Below are positions 13,331 through 26,100 of a DNA stretch of 64,000 bases, in pieces. The notes beneath the pieces are model-generated. The model saw only the letters and a list, made by a program, of their open reading frames with translations, did not search any database and was not told the DNA's origin. The DNA comes from Octopus vulgaris (taxonomy: Eukaryota). The stretch spans positions 38,502,001 through 38,566,000 of the forward strand of contig OX597833.1 of NCBI GenBank assembly GCA_951406725.2. Direction: 5' to 3'. The position numbers were made by a program, and so were the translations under genes. Numbering within the stretch: position 1 is the first letter of the stretch; every line of letters begins with the position of its first letter.

Positions 13331-14189
13331 AACTTGGTATGATCCTATAAAACTGCTGTCACAGGTTGGAATCACTAGGCTGTAGCTGACAAAATAGAAT
13401 AGGAACTTTTATAGGCATACTCAAAAAACGTTTCCTGTTAATGAATTTAAAGAATATATTTACATATATGTGCAAATGGCATGCACTCAAGGTATGCAAA
13501 TCATGTGCTACATTCCCATTTATATTTTTCATGTGAATCCAAAAATTAATTTATCTCTAACTACATCGAAAAGTTATCAAAATCATTGGAAATTGAACTA
13601 ATCAAGGAAACTATCGGATACAAAAAGAGTACAGTATAAGTTTGGTGCAATTTATTACCCTGTTAAATACTGTAAAAAGGTATGCAATTTCAAAAATGCA
13701 TTAACCTCCCGCTTTTTTTTATTTACTCTCCTCTCTGTCTGTCAGTAGCTCTTTGTATTGTCATTTGTTTGTATTTAATGTTAGTCACTAAACGATCAAC
13801 TCACCTGATGATTAAGTGATGACTGTTTGATCTCAAGTGAAATACTTGGAAAAGCACTAAATCTAAAAGTAAAAACAATTTATCCCCTCTCACAGAAAAC
13901 CCTTTGTGAGTTACATCAATTTTGTTAGACTACTATAAAACAAAACTTTTTACCAACTGAGAATGGCAATTTATGGTAAATATAAAGATTTATTTTCTCT
14001 TTGATATTTAATGTCCGAACAGGATACATTGTTACATTTTCTTTCATTGCAATTGGAAACTAATTAAGCCTCCTTGTTTACTAAAATTAGCTTCTCTTTT
14101 ATTCAAGGTAACTTCCAATTCACAGGAAAAGTATACACACACACAAGCATGCACACACATATTTCTTTTTTAGATATCTTTTGAACTTT

Positions 14190-16450
14190 TGAAATGTTAG
14201 TTCAAATGACTAAAATGTGTGTTATAGAACTTTTGAAAAATAGTTTTTCTAAAATAGACTTCAAAAGGAAACAATTAATTATAAATGATTGCAGACCAAT
14301 GCTGAAATTACTTGATTTCAGAAATTCCAACTTGAAATGTGTCAGACAATTTCAGATTAATTTATATGAAAGAAAAAAAAATGATTAACTGGAAGTGCTA
14401 AGCTAAATATATTATTTTTGATGCTCATGCTTATTATTTAGTTTAGAAGAAAGTTTAGAAATCATAAAGGTTACAAAGATTTAAATAATCTATATACAAC
14501 TATGCTAAAACATGAGCATTTTCGAAAAATATATAAAATCTTTGATAGATCTTAAAATATTTAAGAATGTTCACATTGGCTTATAGTCAGATGCATGTAA
14601 GAGGCACAGCATACAGCAGCATAATGAAGTTAAATGAAATAGAGATATTCTGAAAAAATTGATTGATGTAGTTATTTTTTTAGGTCACCAGGAATCTTCA
14701 TTTCAGAGTCATTTTGAATCCATAGAATTCAATAATCCCGGGAATTATAAAGGACTGTTATATATAATCAGTAAGTATGATGAAAAGTTGGCAAGCTATC
14801 TAGATTACAGTTTGCTTTCTCAAGTCTCTCAAATGAAGTTCAAAATGACATGTTGGATGCAATGCAAAAAGTTATGCTGAATGTAATAGAAAATGAATTT
14901 GAATAGGCTGAATTTATAGCTATTCTTGTAAATAAAACATTCAATCATCATCCTTTAATGCCTGCCTTCCATGCTGGCATGGGTTGGACTATTTGATCAA
15001 AGCTGGTAAGCCAGGGAACTCATGGGGTTCCAGTCTGGTTTGGCCTGGTTTCTACAGCTGGATGCACTTCCTAACATCAACCATTTTACAGTGTATGCTG
15101 GCTGCTTTTAGCATAGCACTGGCACAAGCACTTCTTATGTGACACCAGCACAGGACACTTGCAGACCAATCATCTTCATCAAGGGAAGTTGCCTTAACAC
15201 TTCTGCAGTGGAGGACAGGTTTTTTTAAGTGCTGCAAAGTAACTGTCAACTGTTATGTTACAAAAGACTGTGTTACTAAAAGTGATTTATCAGTTTCAAT
15301 AATGTTAGAGTAGACCATTCAGCAAATGATTCCTTTGAACATGCTTTTAAATAGATTGAAATGTGGAAGTGTGAAAACAAATTAATTACACAAACCTGTG
15401 ATGGTGTCACTACAATGGTAAGGTAATTAAAAAGGTTTGTAATCAAAGGTAAGAGAGAAGTATGAATGAGCTATCCTTATTCATTGTTTGAGTTTAGTTC
15501 TTTCACAAGCGTGCTCTGCTATATAAATGAATACAAAATATTTTTTTCTATAAGTACACTGGGTACATTTTCAATGAAACCACTCAAGCCAATGTAGAAG
15601 TTAATATTAAAAAAGAATTTTCCCAAAGCAACAGCAATTAGATAGATTTACATGTTATATCTACAGGAGAAAATTGTGATTACCTAATCACCTTTTTGAA
15701 GACATCATTGAAAATCTTAAAGCTATAAATTCTGCAATTGAATTCTTACACAATTTAAAAGATACCAATTTCTTATTTATATTTGATGCATTTAATTATA
15801 CATTTTCCTTCACTGATGTCTGGTTTAACATTCTTCAGATAAAACGTCTTGACACAGTGTATTGTAAAGAGCAAATAAATAAACCTAGAACAGTGCTGGA
15901 AAGTAAACAGGGCAATTTTTCGATGAAGTGTTAGAGAAAAAATATGGAATCAATGCAGCATTCCAAACTAAGAGATCCAGAAATAAATCTATTGACCTGC
16001 AACATATTAAAATGCTCCACGATAAAATTATTAGCACAATAGTCGACCAATTAACCCTTTAGCATTCAGATTACTCTGTCAAATGTAATACTTATTTATT
16101 CATAATGTTTTGAATAAATCATGTGTTATCTCATAGCTTCAAGATTTTAATGATGTGAGTATTTATTTTTAGAATGATACTACACGGTTGGTGTGAGAGG
16201 CTGGATCTGGTTGGTTTGAACATAAAACAGGTAAAATACTTGGATTTGATATGGCCGGTTTAAATACTTTAGTATTTAAAGCAAGATACTCATCCTTAGA
16301 AGAACTTAAATTCATGGAACTTTTCAATTTTAGCATAGCCAAAGAATATTGCAAAAAATTTCTAGTGGGTGCTTTAAATTCTTTAAAAACCACTTATGGT
16401 AGTTTTTTTTTTGTTGTTGAGTGAACTAAATGTTATATATTCAATGGAAG
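14190..16450 (+). mobile_element. Decayed hAT transposase (ZMYM1-like), interrupted by later insertions
   Basis: LIDVVIFLGHQESSFQSHFESIEFNNPGNYKGLL..KYD and TQTCDGVTTM...SKVREKYE*AILIHC match hAT LAFRGHDE..GNF and CYDGA..IHC motifs; many stops and frameshifts. Confidence 0.8.
16051..16270 (+). mobile_element. piggyBac-type MITE family 1
   Basis: TTAA-CCCTTTAGCATT start; body shared with other copies. Confidence 0.7.
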
Positions 16451-16499
16451 ATTATTAAAAAGCAAAGTGTAATTCAAAAATTATACATACTCTTGTTTC

Positions 16500-17470
16500 T
16501 GTAATCTATTAAAACAAAAGCAAGGGTTGAACAATTTCATCATTTTTGTTCAACATAGTCTTCATGCTTTTTGATGCACTTCTTCCAGTGGTCCACAAGC
16601 TTGCTTATTGTATCAGAGAAAAAGGTTTTTGGTTGGTCATGCAGCCATCTTCCTGCACTTCTTTGTCTATAGCAATTTGACAACCTTGTAAAACATGTTT
16701 GAGCAATCCAAAGAGGTGATAATTGGAAGGGTCGAAATTTGGACTATATGCAGAGTGTTCCAGTAACTTGAAACCCAATTTTACAATGGTTTTAACTATG
16801 TGGATGGCCATATGTAAGCATGCATTGTTGTGCAACAACACTTGATTTGAGAATAGACCTCAATAGTTGGGGTGAATTGCTGGTTTCTGTTTGTTGGCCA
16901 CCATTTCACTGTTGCCTACATTGGAGACTGTAGACCCCTTTTTCAGGCATTGAATCCCCAAAAATGGTTAGCATAACTTTTTCTGTGGAGTCTTGAATTT
17001 CTTTTTCACTGGCTATTGTGGTGTTTCCACTCCACACTGTGCCATTTGAAGTGATGGATCCAGGGTCCCATCTATACCATTTAAATTCCAGCACAAAGTG
17101 AAGGGCTCCATCTATAACTATTCTCTCCAAAATAGCTTCACCTTTATTGTTGTTGCAGTTGAGTAGGCATTTACAGATCTTCACACAATTGTGCTTATGT
17201 GTAAGATCTCACGACACTCATTTTGCTTGTCGTGGATGATTTCTTATGCAGAAGCATACCTTGAGCTTGTTGAATCTTGAAGTCAGTCACGGAGATTGAT
17301 GGGCATCCTGCTCCCTCTTTGGACTTTATTCTTACTTGGTGCACACCTCCAGCAGAGTGGCCATGTTTACTCTGTAAGACAAGAAAACTGGAGTGGCCAA
17401 GGTCAAATCTTGCTTACATAACTGCAAGAGCACCACCTGTTAGATAGTGCTGAAGGCAGGCTGATCAACT
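16500..17470 (-). mobile_element. Decayed mariner transposase
   Basis: LLHNNACLH...LGFKLLEHSAYSPNFDPSNYHLFGLLK matches mariner HDNARPH / PPYSPDLAPSDYHLF; ILERIVIDG and KVMLTIFGD upstream. Confidence 0.88.
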
Positions 17471-17482
17471 TAAAGAAAGTAT

Positions 17483-17574
17483 TGTATGTATGTGTGAGTG
17501 TATGTATTTGTATATATATATATATATATTTGTTTCTATGTATGTATATGCATATATATATGTGTGTATGCATT

Positions 17575-17614
<40 letters not shown>

Positions 17615-17860
17615 GGAGTCATTCTTGTTGGTTATTTTTTATTATAATCACCCCGCAAATTTTTATGGGTAACACCATACAAAATTCTGGTGCAGCTAAA
17701 TTAAGTATCATATTCATTTGAATCTATATATATATGTGTGTGTGTATGTAAATATTTGTATCTATGTATGTATATGTATACATATGTGTGTGTATTTGTA
17801 TATATATATATTTGTATCTATGTATGTATATATATATGTGTGTATATATATATACATTTT
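17483..17860. repeat. TA/TG microsatellite blocks
   Basis: Directly visible. Confidence 0.85.
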
Positions 17861-18746
17861 TATGTGTCTGGGTGTACATATACCATTGTCATCTCATTAC
17901 TACCAACATCGCTAATGTCGCAACTAGTATTACCATCACACCACCAATAAAAGTATCATCATCAACAGTATTATCCCCCTTCGTCCACACCTCCATCATC
18001 CTTTATTAATTTTCTTTTTATTACTGATACAAACGTGTAAGAATCTTTCCAAATTGTGTAATTTCTTTGAAGGAAAAGAAACACACACAAGCTGGCAGAC
18101 TGACCGTTTCTCGTATGGATCTGCCAAACATGTATCGATTGGTCAATGTTTAGATTAGTTGACATTTTGCCAAGCAACTGATGACATTATCAGACTGTTA
18201 TTACAAGTGTGCTAGGAATTCTGACTTAAATGTCAACATAACTTCTAAAGATGGACCAGTTGTTGTTGTTCAACCCCAAGTCAAACCTGGCTGAACAGAC
18301 CAATGATCAAAAGCACTCCAGCAGTGAACATCCCTATAATTTTTTCTGTGATATCTATGTATTACTCAGTATGTTCTTCCCTGTTTTAAAGATTGCTTGG
18401 GGAGATTTAACTGCTCTTTCTAACAAGCTGAATGACCAAAGTGCGGTTTCCCAGCAAATGCATTGAAAAAAGGGATGGAGTGCTGAGCTTGTTTCAAATA
18501 AATGTGCCTGCTCTGAGCACACACCTCAAGATTGGAGAGGAACAACTTAGTGGCCAGGGTGATGTTTTGATGGGATTTCCACAAGTGGTAGCAATTGAAA
18601 GTCTCCCACTTTTAGGGAGATTTGTTTTTGTTATTTCTCTTGTTTACACGTTTATTCTATATGTAATCCCATATTGTATCATGTTGTACCCTCCTTGATC
18701 TCTTTGTTAAGTTTTGCAGTTAATTAAGAAAGCATGACTATTGGTG

Positions 18747-19140
18747 CAAGCATGGCTGTGTGCGAAGAAGCTTGCTTCCCAACCACATGGCTCTGGGTTC
18801 AGTTCTAGTGTGTATCACCTTGGGCAAGTGCCTTTCACTGTAAATTGTGCTGACCAAAGCCTTGTGATTGGATTTGGTAGACAGAAACAGAAAGAAGTCC
18901 GTTGTGTGTATATATATATATATATATATCTGTGTGTGTATTTGTGTCAGTTTGTCCCCCACCACCGCTTGACAACTGGTGTTGGTGTGTTTACATCTCC
19001 GTACAGCAAAAGAGACCAAAAATATAAGTATCAGGGTTTTAAAAAAATAAGTACTGGGGCCAATTCATTCAACAACAAAAATTCTTCAAGGCACTGCCCT
19101 CAGCATGGCTGCAGTCTAATGAGTGAAACAAGTAAAAGAT
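18747..19140 (+). mobile_element. SINE family A, full length
   Basis: tRNA-like head tggctgtgtg..gggttcagtt, ccttgggcaagtg core, internal microsatellite, 3' cagcatggctgcagtctaatgagtgaaacaagtaaaag. Confidence 0.8.
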
Positions 19141-19765
19141 AACAGATTATTAGTATTATTAAAGTGACACACTGGCAGTATTGTTAGCATGCCGAACAAA
19201 ATGCTTAGTCTATGTCTTTCATCCTGTCAGAATAACACACCCCACACTCACACAATATACTCACAACACATCCTACACTCACAGGTATTCATTTTCCATC
19301 CAGTTACAGTTTTATGATACAGTCCAACCACCTCTCTTTATGTACTAACCTTAACCCTAACTTATCACCAATCACATTAATTTGCAGGACCCAACAGTTA
19401 TCATGAAGTGTAGCAATGATAAGTCTGCCTGATACAATCCATCACTTTCCACGTTACACTCAGAAAGAATTAAACTCAACACTAACAAATCACTCACCAA
19501 TTATTCTACTATTTACAAGGCTACTGTGTATTGTGCCTGTTTATAACAGGACAGACTGACTGCTCTGTTTGGGGAGATAGAAACAGTGTAAACACTTGAG
19601 ATGAGATAAAAACTATGGAATTGTAGTTGGTTAGAGATAAAAACTGTGGAATTGTAGTTGGTTAGCAGACTGACACCCTCTGTGTCAAGTTGGTCAGTCT
19701 CTTGAATACAAAAAAAAAATATGGTCAAATAAAAACCCAGAAATCAACTTGCTTTTTTATAAAAG

Positions 19766-19771
19766 TTTATT
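19766..19771 (-). terminator. Putative XRCC1 polyadenylation signal
   Basis: AATAAA about 290 nt after the stop, followed on the minus strand by T/GT-rich sequence (gatttctgggtttttatttg). Confidence 0.55.
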
Positions 19772-20061
19772 GGAACACTTATCCAATAAATGTGTAAAAT
19801 GATTGAAAACATGTGAAAAAAAAACAAACTTTTTTGTGGAGGTAGGATGGAGACAGGGAAAAAAATTTAAAATTCAAATGAGAATGTTTTATATAATGTA
19901 AATGAAAACAAGTCTTATATATCAATCAAAATATATAACTACTGTTTTATGTACAACTGTTTTGGTTTCTTCTCTTCATTGTTCCACCCACCCCAATTTA
20001 AACATCCAAACAGCAATGATGAGAAAAACAGCTTTAGTTGTTAGTCTGTGGGAGCCATACA

Positions 20062-20178
20062 TTACTCACTGGCTGGAGTGACAATGTGAAGTTGGTAAGG
20101 AACCAATTTGTTCTTCTTATGACAGCTATACAGCCATTTTGGATGTACAAAAGTTAGTTGTGGGTGGTTTGATAAAGC
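20062..20178 (-). CDS. XRCC1: XRCC1 last coding exon (BRCT2 end)
   Basis: [38 protein letters not shown] vs human ALMDNPSLAFVRPRWIYSCNEKQKLLPHQLYGVVP. Confidence 0.96.
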   Translation of the reverse strand, partial: ALSNHPQLTFVHPKWLYSCHKKNKLVPYQLHIVTPASE

Positions 20179-23100
20179 CTGAAAGATGCAATGGGAAGAG
20201 AAAAATGAGACTCAAAATTAAATAAATACATAAAATAATCTGTCTGTCTGTCCGTATGTATGTAATGATCACCACTGTTTCTTTTAACATCCACTTTTGC
20301 ACAGGTCGAACAGAATTTATTAAGGCAGATTTTCTATGACAGGATACAATTCCTGTCACTAATTCTTACCCGTTTCCAAGGTAATATTTGCCAGAGCCAG
20401 ACAAGTTTTCACAGAATATTAGAAATGAATGACATTCATTGCTTCTATGACAGTGACACTCATTTACACAATATCAACACAAGGAGGCACACACACATGC
20501 ACACACGCATGCACGCACACACACACACACACACAAGCAACAGATTTCTTTCAGTTTCCGTCTGTTGAATCCATACACAGGGCTTTGGTCATCCTGAAGT
20601 TATTGTCAAAAACACTTGTCCAAGGTGTCACACTGTGGTATTGAACCTGAAACCATGCGGCCGAGAAGCAAACTTCTTAACCACACATTCACACTTGCAC
20701 CTATGTACATATACATACATATGTGTGTGTGTGATCATCATCATCATTTAATGTCCGTTGTCTACGCTGGCATGGGTTGGATGGTTTGACCAGAGTTGGC
20801 AAGCTGGAGAGCTGCACCACTTTACAGAGTGAGCTGGGTGCTTTTACGTGGCACCGCATGGTTGCCTTTATGTGACACCACACAGGTGCTTTTACATGGT
20901 ACCACATGGGTGCTTTTATGTGGCACTGTGGAACCACACAGGCACTTTTGTGGCACCGTACAAGTGCTTTTACATTGCATTGCACAGGCATTTTTATGTA
21001 GCACTGCACAGGCACATTTATGACACCGTCAGGAGTGATTTTTACATGGCACTGGCACAGGACTCTTGCAGGCTAATCCTCTCCACCAGAGGGACCAGAT
21101 TCAACACTTTTACTGTGTCTATCTATCTATTTATCTATCAAGTAATTAACAACAGTATTAATATAATATTTCCTTAAATATCTTTGTTATTTAATATTTA
21201 GGTTGTGAAATAACTACACATCTCACAATTTATAGCTTAGCTGAGGTTAACTGATCATATTAATTAACAATTTAGCTTCTGTGTAGCTGGTTCATGTTGA
21301 AGAAACAGCAGCTAACTTTCTCTCTTTAAATCATATTCCACTGCCTTGAAAAAAAAAAAAGAAAAACAACAAAGACACATTAGATAATGTATTCATATAA
21401 ACAGTATGTCTGTTAAAAAAGAAAAGGCAGGATGCTTCATTGTGGATGTCCTGTTGCTAAGAGAAAAACAGTAACTGATCATGAGAAAATAATCTTTGTA
21501 TGCAGAAGATTCACAATAGCAATGAACACTAAGGACACAAAGGAAATAGATTTTCTGAGATGACACAGGATCGAGCAAGCACCTTAGACCTTTCTGTTGC
21601 TTGTGGCATAATGAAATGCATCCAGTTCATGTGAAGCCTTGCTGCCAAAATGAAGAAACAGAAGAGACATAGGCTCTGCAAAATCCCACAGACAAGCCAT
21701 CTGGGAGGGCAGTAACTCAGAATAAAATAAGACCTAGGGTAGTAGGGATACCTTAGTCTTGGTGCAGATAACCTCTCTATTCTTAGTTGTTCAATAAAAT
21801 ACAGTTAGCTCAGGCTTTCAAGAAGTTGGTAACTGAAAGGGCATCCAGTTATTAAAACTACACATAACAAATATGATTAGCAGTTTTTTTCTGTTACTAC
21901 ATGTGTGAGATACAGAATGTACCATGAGGTGAAATACTGTGAGATTTGTTCAACCAATGCCAAAATGGAAAAAAAAACCAAAACATAGTTATGGTGTTTT
22001 ACTTCTACTATTTCAGCGAAGTTAATGAAGGAGCACTCACCTCATCAAAGTTATCATCCCATTGTTCAGATGTTACAACAAAGTTAACATCGTCATTCAT
22101 ATAATCTTCAACTTCACTGGAATATCAAAAAGGAAAAAATAACATGTAGGCTTTCATGATCATATCTTTAATGAAATAAAAATAACCAACAACTTGAAGA
22201 AATTTAGTAAAAATAACTGTCATGATGCTTGAAACAAAATTTAATGTGTCTTATCTTTATGATTAGTTAGAATTTAAACACGAGCAGTTTAAAACAGAGG
22301 TTGATTCAAGTGGGTTGTGACTCTGGCTTCAATGGTAAAGGCACCCTAAGCATAAAATGATGGGATGAAACTTCAATAAATTAAGCCTAACTGTTTAACC
22401 CTTTAGAATTTAAACCAGCCATATCCAGCCCCAAAATTCTACCTGTTTATGTCCAAACTGACCAGATCCAGCTTTTCACACCTATCCTACAATGTCATTC
22501 TAAAAATAAACCACATTACTAAAATCTCAAAGCTATGCAGGAATCCATGATTAATTCAAAATAATGTGAACAAATAAGAATTACAGTTGAGAGCATAATC
22601 TGAATGTTAATGGTATAAAATTACAATATAACGAACAACTATTTTCTTTAATTACTAATAAATCTCCACTGATATCAATTTCTCTAGAAATCTTATAATA
22701 CTACTCAATAGTAATTTTGCCATAAGGGTGATGAATGAAAGGGATATTAATAAATGATTTTAACAGACTCAAGGAGGGGTCTAGTTGATTACATTAACCC
22801 TAATACTTCACTGGTACTTTATTTTATTGGCACTAGAAGGCTGAAGGCAAAGCTGACCTCAGAAGGTTTTGAACACAAAATGTAAATAAATAGTGCATGG
22901 CGTTTTGTCTGGTAGTACAATAATTCTACCATCCCTCATCAACATATTTGATAATATTAATAATAATAATGATGATGATTTCAAATTTTGGTACAAGGCC
23001 AGCAATGTTCACCTGGTACTTATTTTATAGACCCCGAAACAACAAAAGGCAAAGCCAACCTTGGCTGAATTTGAACTCAGAACGTGAAAATGGATGAAAT

Positions 23101-26100
23101 GCTGCTAAGCATTTTGGTCAGCACAGTAACGATTCTGCCAGCTTGCCATCTTAATAGTAATAAGAATCCTTTCTACTATAGGCACAATGCCTGAAACTGT
23201 TGGAAAAGGGGGCTAATCAATTACATCAACCCCAGTGTTTCACTGGTACCTAATTTATTCACCTCGAAATGATAAAAGGCAAAATTAATCCTGGCAGAAT
23301 TTGAACTTAGAATGTAACAATGGGCGAAATACCACTAACCATTTAGCCTGGTGTGCTAACGATTCTTATTTCTTTATTGCCCACAAGAGGCTAAACATAG
23401 AGGGGACAAACAAGGACAGACGAAGGGATTAAGTCGATTACATCGACCTCAGTGCATAACCGGTACTTAATTTATTGACCCCGAAAGGATGAAAGGCAAA
23501 GTCGACTTCGGTGGAATTTGAACTCAGAACGTAACGGCAGACAAAATACTGCTAAGCATTTCGCCCGGTGTGCTAACGATTCTGCCAGCTCACCACCTTA
23601 CCTTAATAATAATAATTTCTAGTAACAAGAACAATCAGTAGCATATGGATACTTAATTTAGGTTGTCAGCATAAAGTGTACAATTCTATTTACAAAATGA
23701 AAAAAAGAAAAAAAAACAAATGCAACACTCGAATCCGTTTCAGCACTCTATTGAGTAAGTATTGCTAACTCAATTCTACTACAAACTCTTTCTGTTCACC
23801 TGTTTGTGGTAGTGAATGCTGGGCAGCGATGGCGTTTTGTTTCGTTGTTCATGAGAGGAGGGAGTGTTTGTCTGTCTCTATCTCTGAATACTGTATGTGA
23901 CAACTTAACTCTTACCATCACCAAGATTTTCAAATGCTACACTAGACGGCAGAAATCAATAAACCATTGTGTCAAGAAGCAAAAGCTGCCAGTCTCACTA
24001 GTCTAGTCAGTCTCTTTGATTATTTATAGACATTATTTCTTCCCCTTTTATTTTTATATTTCTATTTTTTTTACTTGTTTTTTTTTTATTTTCAGAACTT
24101 TATGAAAAGGACCAATAACAGATTCTCTACTCCTGTTTATTTAGATTTCGTGATTCATTGGTTTAATTCAATTTTGCGAATAATATATACCTATATACAA
24201 ATATGATGATCAACATCATCATCATCATCGTTGTCATAATATCCATTTTTCCATGCTCACATGAGCTGGACGTAAGTTGTTGAGGGTGGATTGTCCTATG
24301 GTTGGATACCCCACCCCTGTTGTCAACCCATACCTGCTTCCAAGCAAGGTAATATTATTAACTCATGGGCAGACATGTTTTCATGGAAGATTGGAAATGA
24401 GGGATACCACTTGCATAATTGTGACACTTGTTTACAACTATCACCTAATATAATAATAATAATGAAATTATTGTATACAGTGCTTAGGTGCACCACAACT
24501 TGTCAGAAAGTGCATATAAAGTACATGCAGTAATGTAGAAATGTCTGGAAAGCGAACAATGTATGAGTCAGATACATGCTTGTGTGTGTATGGAGGGGAG
24601 AAAATCAAGTGTAGTGTTGGCGAATCTCAGGAAGCATGGAAGTTTTGAAGGATGCAGTGCTCCGACTACTAACAACTGATGCCGGCAGTTTGTTCCATGC
24701 TTCAGCAACTCTCAGCGTGAAAAAATGTTTCCTGACGTCATGGGAGCTGTGCTGTTTTCTTACTTTGTAAATATGTCCACGGGTGTTAGATGGATGGAGT
24801 TTGAAAAGGTGCTCAGAGTTATTGTTTGTACGATGGTTGATAATTTTATGGGTGTCTGCCAAGTCAGCTGCCAGACGTCGGAGTTTCAATGTGTCCATGC
24901 CAGGGAAGTAAGGCGTTCAGGATATGGCAAATGCCTGATGGAGGGTATTCTTTTGGTTGCACGTCGCTGAACAGCTTCCAGACGATTGATATCCTGGGCA
25001 AGATAGGGGTTCCTATCAGGGCAAGGAGACAGTAATATGCATACACACAGATCTGGAGATGTCTCCATATATCTTGTGAGACCACACACCTCCACCTGGG
25101 AAGTTCTTCAACAAGGTACATAGGGAAAGTTTCAATGGAAGACCAGCAGATATCGATATATGCAAATATCTCCAATCCATACCACTTTTATATATATATA
25201 TATATCTTGTGAGACCACACACCTCCACCTGGGAAGTTCTTCTACAAGGTACAATTCTAGGGAAAATTTCAATGGAAGACCAGCAGATATCGATACATGC
25301 AAATATCTCCAATCCATACCACTTTATATATATATAATTTTTTTACACATCACCCTTGATGCACCTGGACACATCATCTTATCAATGATGGTTTGAGCTT
25401 TTCAACATCAAACGACCTCACCCAGGTGAGGAGTTGATCAAACCCTAGCTCATGTTCAGTTAGCATAACCCTTGGTAGGACTGACCCCTTTCAGGGCTTG
25501 CAACTCCTGATCCATAGTTGACCTGATGTCCTTCTACCTTCTGGTCCCTGTGATGCCTAGCATGTAGTAAGCTTTGTGGAGGGACTAACTTACAAATCCT
25601 CTGCAAGCCACCTCAATGGCATCAAACCTTGCTTACCACTCATTGTTTTGGTGTAACTCCAGCAATTCAGCATATTTTCTCCTCTTGCTCTGTGTGTGTG
25701 TGTGTGATCGAGCAGACCTATTATGAAAGATGTTCCAGCTATGATTATTTATGGTGTTTCCAAAGACCAAATCATGTGTTTTTTTTGTTGTTGTTAAGAT
25801 ATTGGGAGATTTAGAGAGAAACAAAAATATTTGGCATGGATGAGAGGTGAGACAATTAAGAACTGGAAAGAAAAATTGGGTTTAGGTGGAGGTAGTTGGT
25901 ATATAGTCATCAAGTTCAGGAGAGAATGCAGAAACAGTCGTAGTGGCAGTACAAAACATAAAGGGGTTACTTCTGAACTTAATTTACACCTGTTGTCACC
26001 TGTTGGCTCCATGTGGGCAAAGTTATGTATTTTCCTGCAGAAGTTGTGCCCTACTTTATGGATGATTATTTGTTCTTAGTCACTGAAATCACAATAACAT

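Noticed and set aside
19347-19362. Telomeric repeat (aaccttaaccctaac)
   Set aside because: Only about two imperfect units; expected by chance
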